From the human T2T-CHM13v2.0 reference genome, Homo sapiens, in assembly GCF_009914755.1 (NCBI RefSeq), contig NC_060926.1: DNA of 64,000 bases; one strand, 5' to 3'. A program made the position numbers and the translations under genes. Positions within the stretch are counted from its first letter, which is position 1. Every line of letters starts with the position of its first letter. This document shows, piece by piece, positions 26,600 to 42,790 of the stretch. Under the pieces are notes generated by a model. The model ran no database searches and was not told the DNA's origin. It saw only the letters and a list, made by a program, of their open reading frames with translations.

Positions 26600-27053
26600 C
26601 CCTTGGTTGACCTCTGTCTGATGTTAGCTGTGGCTGTGGTAGTTAGTTCAGCTGCCCACAAATTGCATCTCACCCCGTGTTCTCTGTCTGCATGCTCTTC
26701 TCTGACTCAGGGCTTCTCCTGAGGCCATGAAGTTTGCCCAGTTCTTACAGAGGGCAGCCTGGCAGTACTGGGGAGTCAACACTGCCAAGTGCAACCTCAA
26801 CAAATGGGGTTGGAAGCCAGGGGATAGACGCTTCAGACATTTATCCTTTGGAGGGAGAATTTTGCATTTCATTCTGCATGATTCTTCGGTGGGTCCCCAC
26901 TAGGACTGAGCCCCAGCAACTCATTAACTTTTCTTCCTTTTCTGTTTTACTCTCCTCTTTCCTTTACTCCTGATTCCTGGGATCACCAAATAAATTACTT
27001 GCACCCGTATTTGAGCCTTAGGCTCTGCTTTTGAGGGAACTCAAATTGAGACA
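26600..27053 (+). mobile_element. LTR16-like ERVL LTR
   Basis: gactgagccccag...tcctgggatcaccaaataaattacttgcaccc...ggctctgcttttgagggaactcaaattgagaca. Confidence 0.7.
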
Positions 27054-27398
27054 GTTAGCTCAGAGAGTCCTTAGAGGGGCCAGAAAATCAGGCTGGTGGC
27101 CACATAGCCAGAAATGATGGCCCACGTTGTCCACAGAGCTGGGTGTGGACACTGCTGCCACCCCCATTGGCCACAGAGATGTCACTACTGATCCTGGGCA
27201 CTAAACATTACTGCTAGAAGTTCTGTCACTGCCTGTGGAAACCAGATATAGTTGCCTCTACTCTTGACAGGTGCTTCTTTAATCCGTTAGCTTCTGGCAA
27301 AAGCCTACAGTGATTGAAGACGAGTGTCTAATTGGTGGGACCTAGATCACATCACATTTACACTTCCTTTATAGCTGTAAGGAAGATTGGGATGTAAG

Positions 27399-27900
27399 TG
27401 TTTCAGTCATTTATTGCTGTGTAGTAAACTGCCCCCAAGTGAAGTTGCTTGTAACAACTATTTTATTTGCTCATGATTAATGAGTAGCAGGTTGTGCTGG
27501 GCTTAGCCGGACAGTTCGTTCACGTTTCTTGCCTGGAGTCACTCATGTGGCTGCACCACCTGGCCACTCTCCCAGGCCTGGATGGTCTATGGTGGCCTCA
27601 CTTCCATGACTGGTGGTTGGTCTTGTTGTCTGGGCTTCTCTTTCTGCATTGGCTTTCATCTTCAAGGAGACTATCCTAAGTTCCCTCTCATGGCAGCACT
27701 GAGTTCTCAGAGGGTGATAATGGAAATTGCAACATCTCTTGAGGCCTAGGTTTCAAAGTCACAAAACATTACCTATACCCAGACTCAAGGGGTCAGGTAA
27801 TAGATACCAGCTCCTGATGGGAGGAAAAGCAAAATCACATTGCAAAGGGACAGCAAATGGGGATAAGAGGATTATTGTGGTCATGCTGCTAACAATCAGT
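27399..27900 (-). mobile_element. MLT1 (H/I-like) LTR
   Basis: tttattgctgtgtagtaaactgcccc...cccagactcaagggg...tgatgggagg...caaaatcacattgcaaaggg. Confidence 0.65.
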
Positions 27901-28397
27901 GTTTTCCACAAGGGAAGACAGGAATTCATAGGGTGGAGAATTCCCCACTAGAGAGAAGACATTCAAAGGTGTTGGGTGGGTCAAAGGAGTGACACATGTT
28001 CACTCTAATTGGCTTTCTCCTGAGTTGACTGATTGCATCTCCCATTCTTATCCCCAGACCTCTCCTGGGCTACTGATCTGCTAGAGGGACCCCTTCCTGC
28101 TTCCAGTCTCAAAGGTGCATGGCCAGAGAGGGATTGAGGTTGGCCTTGTGACCCATGTTGCCCTGAGTGGATGCAGCACAGAAACTGTACAGGACTGGAG
28201 TCTGATGATGAATTTCACTTTTGAATAATTAAAATGAGAGTTCTTAATAAGGCATTGTTTAGAAGAAACACACTGATTGTGTAGGCATGTACTGTTTATT
28301 AACATTTAATAATTCAAAAAACATTGTGAATACTGACTCTTAGAATTGGACCAAGGCCTGAGCCAGTGATAAATCTTGCTTAAATTATTGACTTTCT

Positions 28398-28761
<364 letters not shown>

Positions 28762-29089
28762 TTAGACAGGAAGAGGAAGGAAAATGAGGAGGGGAAGCTA
28801 ATGCTTCTGGGGGCTGATGTTGTGGCAGGCGCTAGCCTGGGCACTGGCTCATGCTTGCATTGCTATCTCCTTGCCTTGCCTGTGAGATGGGAAAACCAAG
28901 CCTCAGAAAGTTTACACATCTTGACCAAGGTCAAGACTAACTAAGACTACATGACACAGTGAATCAAGATTCACATTTGTCTGACTCCAAAACCTTTGGT
29001 TTCTGCACCTACTGTTCTACCAGGAGATAAAATTTCAGTGCCTTCCAGAGGTTTCTCTAAAGAGCTCAATCATCTACTGGTGTGTTTGC

Positions 29090-29300
29090 TGTTTAAGAGC
29101 TTGTGCTCTAGAGTCAGAATGGACCTAGATTTTCTAATTCTGATTCTGCTACTTGGGAACTCTGATCTCAACTTCTTAGATTCTCAGTTTCCTCATCTGT
29201 AAAATGGGAATCATAATAGTAAGTCTCTACAATGTTAGTGAGCATTTAGCATGGTGCCTGAGCTAGTACATTATGGTGATACCAACTGTTATTGTTAATA
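29090..29300 (+). mobile_element. MIR
   Basis: ctcagtttcctcatctgtaaaatgggaatcataatag core. Confidence 0.75.
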
Positions 29301-29859
29301 ATAACTACTAGCAATTAGTTTCCTTTCCTGTGTTTTATGATCTGTTTAATACTGTTTAGTCAAACTGAAAAAATATTGTTGATTTAGTTTTTGGGGTAAT
29401 TATATGTGCTGACTATGGTACAATTGGTGGAGTTCCTGTCTAGATAATCTAATTTGGTTATTAGGTGCTTAAATTCTTGTTGAAATGAATTGTGAACAAA
29501 TACCCTTGAAAGCATTGTTTCAGCTGTTTAATGATATGTTTAGTAGAGATGTGGTAATGATGGAACTGGATTAATTATGGGGTCCTCCAATGGATTGTTT
29601 GGTAGTAAATTTTCAGATAAGTCCAGGTGTCAGATGAACGGTTTAAATTTCAAGTTTACCTGTAGCAGCATGAGAGATGGAACAGGTCATTTCTGAAGAA
29701 AGACTTGTAAAAACAAAATATCTGAGTCTTTCAGGATGCAGAAGTTGATATCATTAAACTGCAAAGGAAAGAGAAGGAAGAGTTGTGCATCGCTGATTTA
29801 CATTTATTTCTCTCTTGGCAAAACTCACACGGGGCTTCGTGGGAAACATTCTGCATAAT

Positions 29860-30110
29860 CGTAATCACCAAAATCTATTTAATGTTCACTGGTTTCCAGG
29901 TACCATGCTAAGTACTTTACGTGTATTGTCTTATTTATTCCTTGCATGAAACCTAAACCAGTAGAAACTATAAGCTCTTCTCTGTCTACACACAAAGAAG
30001 GTAGTCTTTTACTCAGAAAGCCTAAGTAACTTGCTCAAGATCACATAGCTCAAAAAGCGATAGGATGGATATAAACCTAGGCCAACTGACTGCAGACCCC
30101 TCACTTTTAA
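29860..30110 (-). mobile_element. MIR
   Basis: ccaggtaccatgctaagtactttac...taagtaacttgctcaagatcacatagct. Confidence 0.7.
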
Positions 30111-30139
30111 CCTAACCAAAACTTGTGAATGAAAGTCTT

Positions 30140-31222
<1,083 letters not shown>

Positions 31223-31282
31223 TACAAATACAATTCTTAGCCCAGAAATTGAAATATTTCCTTAATGTGAATCCTTTATTGG

Positions 31283-31755
31283 TGTTCTGGCTATCTATTG
31301 CTGTATAACAAACTATCCCTAAAACCTAGTGCCTTACATCTATTTTATTATTTTTCATGTTTCTATGGGTAAGAAATTTGGAAGAGCCACAGAGAAGACA
31401 GCTCATCTCTGTTTCAGAATGTTTGGGGCCTCAGATGGGAGGACTGGAGTGGACGGAGGCCAGGACATTCAAGGTGGTTTCTTGATTCACATATGGCACT
31501 TCAGTGATGTCCCCACATGGCCTCTGTCTATCGGCATAACCTGGCCTTACATGGTGGCTTAGGGCTCCAAGAGGGAGAAAGCAGAAAGTGCCAACCCTTT
31601 TAAGGGCTGTGCCCAGAGCTGGTACTGTATCTCCATCACCCCATTCGATTCCTCACAGCCGCACAGATTGAAGGGAGTAATAGACCTAGTCTTCACTTCT
31701 TGATGGGAAGAGGAAAGGAATTGACGGTGGCTGTCTTTGGAGACAAGCATCACAC
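31283..31755 (-). mobile_element. MLT1 (H-like) LTR
   Basis: tgttctggctatctattgctgtataacaaactatccctaaaac...cttcttgatggg. Confidence 0.65.
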
Positions 31756-32713
31756 TTGGTAAATTGGGAAAGAAGGATTTGTGAATTTGTAGGCAACTCC
31801 CCCTTTTTAGATATAAAGGGTAGTCTTAGAACTTAACCTCTATCTGCAAAGAGTTCAGTGCTTCCTTGTGGGTTATGGGGTGCTATTTGGCTCTTTATGT
31901 TTTTCATCATCAGGCAAGACTGACAATTTGCCATTTTGCCATGGCACCTCTGCAAAGTTGGCAGAGAAGACAGTCATGTACAAAGACAGGAGAATGCCAG
32001 TGGTGGATCAGAGAATGAGGATCTGGGAGGGGTGTGTGTGAGTGAAATTAGTCTTTCACTAAGAAGGAGAGAGATAATTTAGGATTGAGTGTGTTGGAGT
32101 GAATTAATGAAGAAAGAACCTGCTAGTTGGTATTTGAGCCCAGAAATAATGGGGACTTGGTTGCCATCTGAGAGATGTTGAATCAAGGGTGTTTCCTGAT
32201 CACCTACCACCAGCCTGGTACTGTGTAGCTATGAACATGGCAGATGTGGGTCCCTTTACATGTTCAGTAAGGAAATGGGGTCTTCATAAGATGAAGAGGT
32301 CAGAGTTATTTCCAGTTATAGGGGTTTCAATAGGTTACAAACGGAAGTAAAGACAAAAACTGTAGTAGATTTCAATGCTTGCATTTAACAAATGAATACT
32401 TTGAATGTCAAACACCTAAGCAAGTAAACGCAAACCAGACTAAGCCAGTGACTGTGTGTGCCCTCAAGCGGAGGAAGAACTAAGGTTTTTGATCTCAGGC
32501 CCATGTGGCAGCCCTCACAGATTCTAGACATGGGTCTCTAGTGCCAGAGGCAAAGGGATAATGGAACTTTTTAAAAAGTTGACCCTAAAACCTGGGGGTC
32601 ATGTGGTAGTAGAAGGGTTGACAAGGATTAGGACACGGCCTGCATTGCCCAGGGAGCAGTTGTCTTGGTGGACTCCACTCCTGAACCAGAGCTTGGTTGA
32701 GACTGATGCAGGT

Positions 32714-33097
32714 TGATGTGGTTTAGATTTGGGTCCCTGCCCAAATTTCATGTTGAATTGTAATCCCCAGTGTTGGAGGAGGGGCCTGGTGATAGGTGAT
32801 TGGATCACGGGGATGAACTTCCCCTTTGTTGGTCATGTGATAGTGAACAAGTTGCCATGAGATCTGGTTGCTTGTAAGTGTGTAGCACCTCCCCTTTTAC
32901 CCTCTTTCTCCTGCTCTGGTCAAGTAAGGTGTGCCTCCTCCTTCTTTGCTTTCTGTCATGATTGTAAGTTTCCTGCGGCCTCCTAAGCCCTGCTTTCTGT
33001 ACAGCTTGCAGAACTGTGAGCCAATTAAACCTCTTTTCTTTATAAATTATGCAGTCTCGGGTAGCTCTTTATAGCAATGTAAGAATGAACTAATCCA
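32714..33097 (+). mobile_element. MSTA-like solo LTR
   Basis: tgatgtggtttagattt...ccaattaaacctcttttctttataaatta...ctaatcca; TSD caggt at 32709-32713 and 33098-33102. Confidence 0.9.
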
Positions 33098-33898
33098 CAG
33101 GTGTTGTCACAGGCTGACCATGAGAGACCCTATAGACAATCTTGTGACAGAGCTGGAGAGGGTCCTGGGAGAAGACTCTCATGGTTGGGATTAGACTTTT
33201 ATAAAGCCACCCTTCACAAGTGCCTATTTGCATTCACTGACCATGAAATTATATTCAATTTCTGCTGCCAGGCACTGGGTGGGACCCTTTTCTTGCCCAT
33301 GGTTTAGAGAACACAGAGTAGGTGAGAAATCTCTCTTAGTCTGTTTTCTATTAATCAACCCTAAAAGGAGACTTATGTGCTTGTATAGGTGGGGAGGGTG
33401 TTTATTTATGGTATCAGTCTTCTTCAGGTTTAAACTAGAAATTCTGGGCTCATCCACAATACTTCCCTCTTTCAAAAAAACTTTATTTTATACTACCCTC
33501 ACTAGAGGGAGCAAACAGGGAGACAGATTGATGGAAACATGCATGGATGGTTACAGGTTGAGGACAAAGATGCTACGATGAGGGTGTGGGCAGATAAATT
33601 GGCATTAGGGCTCCCCTGCCAACCACTGAGCTGCATGGGATGGCCTGTGCTTCTAAGAAATGACTCCTGCTGGCCAGGCCCCAAATCCTTTGCTTGATTG
33701 TGCATTTTGGTTTTGTTGAGGCATGAGGCAGTTAGCCTTGAACCAAAATGGAGGAGATGGTTGCTGATGTTTGTGTCAATCAGGAGAGCATCTGGAGGCA
33801 GTCTGCCAGCATCTGTCTTATTCCAGGCCACAGAGGAACCCAGGGCAGGTTGGAAGACAGTCTGGGGGCACTCCTGGCTTCCCCTGTATGAAGAAGAG

Positions 33899-34318
33899 TA
33901 GAGTAGTCTATTTTGTGTTGCTGTAAAGGAATATCTGAGGCTGAGCAATTTGTAAAGAAAAGTGGTATATTGGCCTCATGGTTCTTCAGGCTGTACAAGA
34001 AGCATGACACTAACATCTGCTTCTGATGAGGGTCTCAGGGAACTTCCAATCATGGCATAAGGGGAACGGGAGCCAGTGCATCACATGGCAAGAAAGAAAG
34101 CAAGAAAGAGAGGGGATGGAGGTGCCAGACTCTTTTTAACAACCAGAGCTTGTGGGAACTAACAGTGAAAACACATGCAATCCTGCAAGAATGGCTTCAA
34201 GCTGTTCATGAGGGATGCACCCCCATGACTCAAACATCTCCCACCAGGCCCCACCTCCAATGTTAGGCATCAGATTTCAACATGAGATTTGGAGAGGACA
34301 AGTGCCCGAACTATGTCA
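33899..34318 (-). mobile_element. MSTB-like solo LTR
   Basis: tgttgctgtaaaggaatatctgaggctg...ggctgtacaagaagcatg...catgagatttggagaggaca...ctatgtca. Confidence 0.85.
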
Positions 34319-34704
34319 ACTGGCAATTCATTGCTTATCTCTCCTGAGCTTGAAGGAGGGAAATAGATTTATTTTCAGAAAGATACTACAGGACTAGGAT
34401 TGGCCCAGAGGCCACATCACTGTGGGAGGTAGAGAGGAGCAAACAGGGGAAATAGCACCAAAAGCACCAGCCCGATGCCTATCTTTCCGCTATTAGAGAT
34501 GCATTCCTTTGACACTTCCAGTTTTTCCCAACCTCAGGAGTCTTCTACTGAAATGCAACTACCTTCAAAAACTGATATTTTAAATCTGTGTCTCTCCAAT
34601 TGACACATGCAGTGGTATAAACGGGGATGGAGAAGACCATGTGATAAAGGTAACACAGTCGCCTGCCCCAGCAGAGGTTGCCATTTGCCTAGTAAGAAAT
34701 GCAC

Positions 34705-35117
<413 letters not shown>

Positions 35118-35418
35118 TCACAGGGTCAGCCTTTTTTTGCAATAAGGGATATGCAGTTAGGCTTATGTGATTAGAGCAATTGCATCTTGAATTAGTCCTT
35201 TGCTGAGATCAGGGCTTTGTGGGAATCCTTCAAAGACCACAGCAGTGGGGGGGTGGAGGGGAGGACATCAGACAGAGTTGCCTAAGTGGGAGCCATTGAG
35301 GAAAGGATTCTTAACTTTCCTTTTATCATCTGAAGTAAATTTCACTGATTTTCTTAGGACTAGTCCAGACTAGGACTGTGCACTAGTTTTCAAAAGCCCA
35401 ATTACCTGGTATTAACTA

Positions 35419-37749
35419 CAAGCATACCTCAGGAATATCATGAATATCACAATGAAGAAAGCCACCCCAATTTTTTGGTTTCCCAGGGCATACATAAAGG
35501 TAATGTTTTTTTCTACACTGTAGTCTATTCAGTGTGTGATAGCATTATGCCTAGAAAAACAATGTATGTACCTCAATTTAAAAATACTCTAATGCTAAAA
35601 AATGCTAATGATCATCTGAGCCTTCAGTGAGTTGTAATCTTTTTGCTTTTATGGAAGCTCTTACCTTGATGTTGATGGCTGCTGATTGATCAGGGTGGTG
35701 GTTGCTGAAGGCTCAGGTAATTTCTTAAAACAATAATAAAGTTTGCCACATGAATCGACTTTTCCTTTCACAAAAGATTTCTTTGTAGCATGTAATGCTG
35801 TTTGATAGCATTTTACTTAGAGTAAAATTTCTTTCAAAATAGGAGTCATTTCTCCCAAATCCTGCCATTGCTTTATCAATGAAGGTTATATAATATTCTA
35901 AATCCTTTGTATTCGTTTCCACAATGTTCACAGCATCTTCACCAGGAGTAGATTCCATCTCAAGAAGCCACTTTCTTTGCTCATCCATAAGAAGCTACTC
36001 TTCATCCATTCAAGTTTTACCATGAGATTGCAGCAACATCTTCAGGCCCCACTTCTAATTCTGGTTCTCTTGGTATTTCTATCACATTGGCAGTGACTTC
36101 CCCTACTGAAGTCTTGAATCCCTCAACGTCATTCATGAGGGTTGGAATAAATTTCTCTCACTCCTGTTCATATTGATATTTTGACTTCTTTCCATGAATC
36201 ACAACTGTCCTTAATGGCACCTACAATGGTGAATCCTTTCCAGTTTTCAATTTACTTTGTCCGGATCCACCTAAGGAATCACTATCTATGGCAGGTATAG
36301 CCTTACATAATTTATTTATTAAATCATTACACTTGAAGTAGAAATTACTCCTTGCTTCAGGGCCTGCAGAATGGATGTGGTGTTAGAAGGCATGGAAACA
36401 AGATTAATCTCCTTTAACATCTCCAGCAGAGATGTTGGGTGACCAGGTGTATTGTCAATGAGCAATAACATCTTAAAAGGAACGTTTTCTTCCGAACAGG
36501 TCTCAACAGTGGGCTTAAAATATTTAGTAAACCGTGCTGTCAACAGATGTCACCCAGCATACAAATGGAATGTGTCGTTCCTTTTGTAGAGCACAGAGTA
36601 GATTTAGCATAATTCTTAAGGTTCCTAGGAATGGTAAATGAACATTGGCTTCAACTTAAGGTCACCAGCTGCATTAGCCCCTAACAAAAGAATAGCCTGT
36701 CATTTGATGCTTTGAGGCCAGGCATTGACTTCTTCTCTTGAGGTACGAAAGTCCTAATAAGATCTTCTTCCAATAGAAGGCTGTTCCATCTTCCTTGAAA
36801 ATCTTTTGTTTAGTGTAGCTGCCTTCATCAGTGATCTGAGCTAGATCCCCTGGATAACTTGCTGCAGCTTCTCCATCAGCACTTGCTGCTTCACCTTGCA
36901 CCTTTATGTTAAGGAAATGGCTTCTTTCCTTTAACCTCATGAACCTCTGCTACCTTCTAACTTTTCTTCTGTAGGTTCCTCACCTCTTTCAGCCTTCATC
37001 AAATTGAAGACAGTTAGGGCCTTGCTTGGGAGGATTGCTTCCTTTGACTTAAAGGAATGTTGTGGCTGGTTTGATCTTCTATCCAGATCACTAAAACTTT
37101 CTCTGTATCAGCAATAAAGCTGTTGGCTTTCTTATCATTCATGTGTTCACTGGAGTACCGCTTTTAATTTTCTTCAAGAACTTTTCCTTTGCATTCATGA
37201 CTTGACCGTTTGGTGCGAAAGGCCTATCTCAGCTTTCGACATGCCCTGCTCACTAATCGTAACCATTTCTAACTTTTGATTTAAAGGGAGAGATGTGAGA
37301 TACTTCCTTTCACTTGAACACTTAGAGGTCATTATAGGGTAATTAATTATCCTACTTTCAGTGTTGTTGTGTCTCAGGGGTTAGGGAGGCCCGAGGAGAA
37401 TGGGAGAGACAGGGGAATGGCCAGTCAGTGGAGCAGTCAGAACGTACACATTTATTAAGCTCTCCATCTTGTATGAGCACAGTTCATGGCACCCCTCAAA
37501 AAATTACAATAGAAACATCAAAGATCACTGATTGCAGATCACCATAACAGTTATAATAATAACAAATCATTTGAAATATTGTGAGATTTATCAAAATGTG
37601 ACACAGAGACAGGAAGTGAGCACATGCTGTTGGAAAAAATGGTGCCGAGCGACTTGCTCAAAGCAGGATTGCCCAAAACCTTCAGTTTGTAAAAAATGCA
37701 ATATATGAGAAGTGCAATAAAGTAACGCGCAAAAAACACGATATGCTTG
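35419..37749 (-). mobile_element. Tigger1 DNA transposon, near full length, transposase disrupted
   Basis: TA dinucleotides at 35417-35418 and 37750-37751; termini caagcatacc / atatgcttg; minus-strand pogo/CENP-B-type DDE fragments ([12 protein letters not shown] at 36674-36940; FKMLLLIDNTPGHP at 36319-36543; [24 protein letters not shown] at 35725-35988) broken by stops and frameshifts. Confidence 0.95.
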
Positions 37750-38525
37750 TATTTGAATATGTTTATGTGCAGTCTAACTTTCAGTTGTCTCACTGCTTAG
37801 AATCTCAGAATCTTGTCTGACCACAAGCCTCCCTTCTGTGGGACTTTCTTGTTTCGTTGGTCTACGTGGCCATCACCTGGGTGGCTGACCTGGGGCTTAT
37901 TAATTCTGCAACCTTGACACCTCATTGACGCAGCTTATGCTAATTGTAGGTGCTGCTACAGCCTTGGTTCTATTTGTTCCTTTTTTCTCTTTTAGCTGAA
38001 ACCTCAGGGGAACTGGTTTTGTCATGTTGCTCATTTCCATTTTTCGTTGCTTTTCGTTATTTCTGTGGTAGACACAGTGTCAGGCTGAAAAACGTGTGTT
38101 CCTATTTTTAACACAATGTAGGAAAATCCAGAAGAAAAGAAGACATAAGCATGATTTTTACTAAAACCTATACAGTTCTTCATTTTTCCCTGTGATATTT
38201 ATTATTTATTTTTAAAACAAAGCCTTTGGAGCATCTTAAGCAATTTAAACACACAAAAAACAAAACAAAAACTGTCATACCTGCTCAGACATTCTTGAGC
38301 ACGTGGTGTGAAAACAAAATGAAGCAATCGCTTACTCCAGCAGATTCCCATACCTTGCTAAATACCCTAACAACTTGGCTACAAATATGACTACAGGGGG
38401 CAAAGGGGACTTGGGTTGAACAAGACAACAACAAACAAACCAACCGACCCCACTAACTGGTTGACGAGATGGAGGATACATGATTGCAGAACCAAAGTTG
38501 GGGGATGTGATGAAGTAGCAAATAG

Positions 38526-38892
<367 letters not shown>

Positions 38893-39451
38893 TAGTGTGT
38901 GGTTGTTTGGTAATGCACATAGGACACTGTGGGGTGCTGACATCCAGAGAGAGTGACAGAGGTGTTGGAGTGGGGCTGCTATGTGGGGGAGAGCCGCAGT
39001 CTGGTGACAATACTGAGTATGTTACTGTGTGTTTTTGTGTGTCTTTGGAGTGAATGAACATGGCAGAAAAAGACCCTCGAAGGGGAGGTTGAGGTCAGAC
39101 AAGGAAGGCCCTGAATGCCACATCAAGTTTGCCATGGCCCCCACATTCTGGTGACACTGGTGTTAGTCAAGGTTTCAGCAGGCTCATAGTAGGATAAATT
39201 GAGCAGTTAATTAGAGGATCATTTGTAAAGGAGTGAGCATGGTGTGGGGAAATTGTTCAAGGTTAGTGCAGTCCTTGGATTTAAGAAAAGAGAGTGCAGG
39301 TATCACCTGCAGGCCTGAGGGTGTGAGGGGGGGGCATGGCTCCCCTACCCTGAGATGGCTGGGGCTGTGTGCAGACCCCACAGGGGAGGAGCTAGGGGAT
39401 AAATACTTGCTTCCCTTCCTCCATCTGGTCTGATTTCCTAGCGTTGCTGCC

Positions 39452-39488
39452 TGTACTAGTCAGGGTTCTCCAGAGAAGCAGAACCACT

Positions 39489-39531
<43 letters not shown>

Positions 39532-39923
39532 CAGACAGAGGGACAGAGAGAGAGAGACAGAGAGAGAAAAAGAGAGAGATTCATTCGTTTATTTAAGGAG
39601 CTGTCTCATGTGATTGTGGAGGCGTGGTGAGTCCGAAGACTGATGGGGTAGGCTGTGAGGCTGGAGACTCAGGGAGTTCAAAGGCTGTCTGCTGGCAGAA
39701 TTCCTTCTCACTCAGGGGGAGGTCAGTCTTTGTTCTATGAAGGCCTTCCACCTTCATTGGATAAAGCCCACCCACCTTATGTAGGGTATTCTGCTTCAAG
39801 TCCACTGATTGAAATGTTATTCTCATCCACAAAACACCTTCATAGAAACATCTAGAATAATGTTCGACCGTGTATTTGTGTACCATGTCCAACCAAGCTG
39901 ACACGTTAAAATTAATGATCACA
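39452..39923 (-). mobile_element. MLT2 (ERVL) solo LTR
   Basis: tgtactagtcagggttctccagagaagcagaacc...aaaattaatgatcaca; TSD ctgcc at 39447-39451 and 39924-39928. Confidence 0.88.
39490..39580. repeat. (TG)~20 microsatellite followed by a (GA)n-like tract
   Basis: Directly visible, at the position of the MLT2 internal microsatellite. Confidence 0.95.
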
Positions 39924-41649
39924 CTGCCTCTCGGTCGATCTCAGTCAGAAGCCAGAGGGCAGGGGAATCTGGATGCTGTGGGGGTGTGTCAGCCTCTGAG
40001 GCACAGAATGGTAAAGGGTGGACATCGAGGGGCAAACCACTTACCCCAATGTGATGTGGAATAAAGTAAGGGGAGGGTTTTACCTTTGCACCCTCTCTCT
40101 TCTGTCTAGAAGCTTGGATTGGGGTCGTGGGTCTTTCTGAACTTTAAGTGTTTCCAGAGACCCTATATAGTACAAGCGCTCCTCCTGCCTCCCTGCAAAT
40201 GAGTACAAGCATCAAGCAGAAATGAAATCTCTTAAAACACTGCTGGTTTCCTTTTATACTTTAATTTTTTTCTTAAACTACACGAATGGCAGTATAAGCC
40301 GTGTGCAATTTCAAAAGGCAGTCACCTAGACGGTCTGGAGAAACAGCAAACTTTCATCTTGAGATCTGTGTGCCGATTTCACTGTAATAATCCCCCCACA
40401 TCCTGCAACCTGCACTCTGGCTGTTCTGCACTTGCAGAGGATGGTGCAGAAGGACTTAAGTTGTTTCAAGAAAGATTTAAATTAGATCTGATAAGGAGCT
40501 TTATTACTGATGCTGTGGAATACTGGGAGGGGGTCTTTCTGTTGGGCTATTTTGGATTTTGGACTTTACTGAAAAACAAATAGGCCAGGGTCAAATTCAC
40601 ATCAGAGGAACACATGTAAAATGGAGACTTGAAGAGTTATTTAGCTAACGAATAAGAAATGGTTTTTAATAATTGGATAATTACCTTAATTCTCCACTTC
40701 ATTTTGTATGATGCAATGTATTTTGAGTTCTGCAATGATGTTCTGGAGGAAGTGACAAGAATTGGAAAACTATTATCACAAACAGATGACAAAGTGCTGT
40801 ACTGGAGATACCATAGGTCTAAATTCAGCTGACCTCAGGGATGGCTTCTAGAAGCAGAAAAGCCATGACTGCAGGGGCCACCTGGATAGGGGGATGTAGA
40901 CCAGCCTCTGCCCTGGTTAGCAGGAAAGTAGCTGGGAAAGCCTCCTTCCCTCTCTTGGATCTTCCTCCCTAAAATGAGAGTCCAGTCATGTCCCAGAACA
41001 TGGAGCAGAGCCGTGAGCATCACCTCTGCCAGATAACACAGCTCAGATCATTATTCACATGCATGTCATGTATGGCATGGCTCATGGGTGGAGGGAAACC
41101 AACCTTTTTATTCTGGCTATAGCCGATTGGACTGGGCAGATAAGCTGAGGCCACAGAAAGGCCATGTCTGGGCTGGACATAAGGGATGTCAGAGGCCTCC
41201 GGGGTGCCTGGGGGAGAGTCTGCTTAATCCAGGTGCCCACTTGACTAGTAGAAATCAAATCAAATCAAATAAGTGTCTTCTCTTTCAAGTTAATGCTAAG
41301 AAATCTGGCAGGTCACTGAACTCGCTACCGCCCCAAAATGCCGAGTGATGCATCTGTCTCCATGAGGTTGCTGTATGTTTCAGAACTGGGATGCAAAGTT
41401 CAGCTTCCCGTGACACCCGATTTTCAGAAGTATCCTTGCAAGACATTGCCATAATTCCAGGTGATCTGAGTCCCTCTTTCTTGTCCGCTTGACTGGTTTG
41501 ACTGACTTGACCAGTACAATTTCATCAAGCTCTGACAGTGTGAGATTCCAATTCTACTGTGATGTAATATGGTGCCTGGGAGGCAGGGTGGTGAAGGAGC
41601 TAAGTAAATGGGCTCTGGGATCACACCACCTGGGTCCATTTTGAGCTCT

Positions 41650-42790
41650 GCCTGTTAGGTCGGGGTAGGTTCAACCCCTGTAGCACAAACACCAGGTAAG
41701 AATGCCTTCACCAAGCAAGATGGGTGTTTATTTCATGATCACTTAACAGTGTGGGTGTAAGCAGTTCAGGACTGATATGGCAATCCTAAAATTTGAGGGA
41801 TCCAGGCTCTTATCTTGTTGCTTCACCATCTTCAGGGTGTTTCTCTCACCCCTGTGCTTTAGGTGGCTTTCCACAACATCCATAATTCTGCCAGAAGAAG
41901 AGGGGAGAGATGAAGGGAAGGTACAGAGGGAAGCTACTCACATCACTGCAGCTAAAACCTATTGGCCAGAACTTAGTCACATGGCAACACCAACTGCAAA
42001 GGCATTTGGGAAGCGTAACCTGCATTAGTTTTGTATTGCTGTATGACAAATGAGCACAGACTCAGTGGCTTAAACGACACAACTTTATTATCTCTCAGTT
42101 TCTGGGGATCAGGAGTGCTCGTCCTTTGCTCAGGGTCTCATCAGGCTGCAATCAAAGTGTCATCCAAGACTGTGATCCCATCTGAGACTCAGGATGCTTG
42201 TCCAAAGTTACTGGTTATGGGCAGGATTTAGTTCCTTGCAATCGCAGGACTGAGGTCCCACTTCCTTGCTGGCTGTCAGTGAGTCCGTTCCCAGCTCCTA
42301 GAGGCTGGCTGCTAGTCTCTGCCATGTGGCCCTTTCCACAATAAGGCATTGCACCTTCAAGGCCAGCAAGAGCATTCCTCTGACTCTTTCTCTTTAGCAA
42401 AGGCCCAGTTTCTTTTAAGGGCTCACCTGATTAGGCCAGGCCCACCCAGAGTCATCTCCCTTTTGACTGACTCAGAGACAACTGATGTGGGACCTTAGCT
42501 CCATCTGTAAAATCCCTTTACTGCTATCATATAATACAGCCTAATCTAAAGGAGCAATCATTTCATCCTATTACCAGTCCTACTTGTACTCAAGAAAAGG
42601 GGGTTTAAAGGCTATATACACCAGGGGGTAGGAATCTTGGGGACCATTTAGAATTCTTCCTACTTCATAATCTTTATTTGGGTGGCTATATGCCCAGCCA
42701 ATAGTAATCAATACAATTCTGATTTCTGTAGTTCTATGACTGGAGAAGAATGGGAAAACGATATTGGGGATAACTAGTCTCTGCTATAAT
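41650..42790 (-). mobile_element. Old MLT1 LTR containing a nested MLT1E-like LTR (~42021-42665)
   Basis: Outer: attggccagaacttagtcacatggc. Inner: tgcattagttttgtattgctgtatgacaaat...gctcagggtctcatcaggctgcaatc...gggctcacctgattaggccaggcccaccc. Confidence 0.7.

Noticed and set aside
35725-36940. Transposase-like ORFs as a TIGD/CENP-B-type domesticated gene
   Set aside because: They are short fragments in different frames inside a decayed Tigger1, with stops between them.
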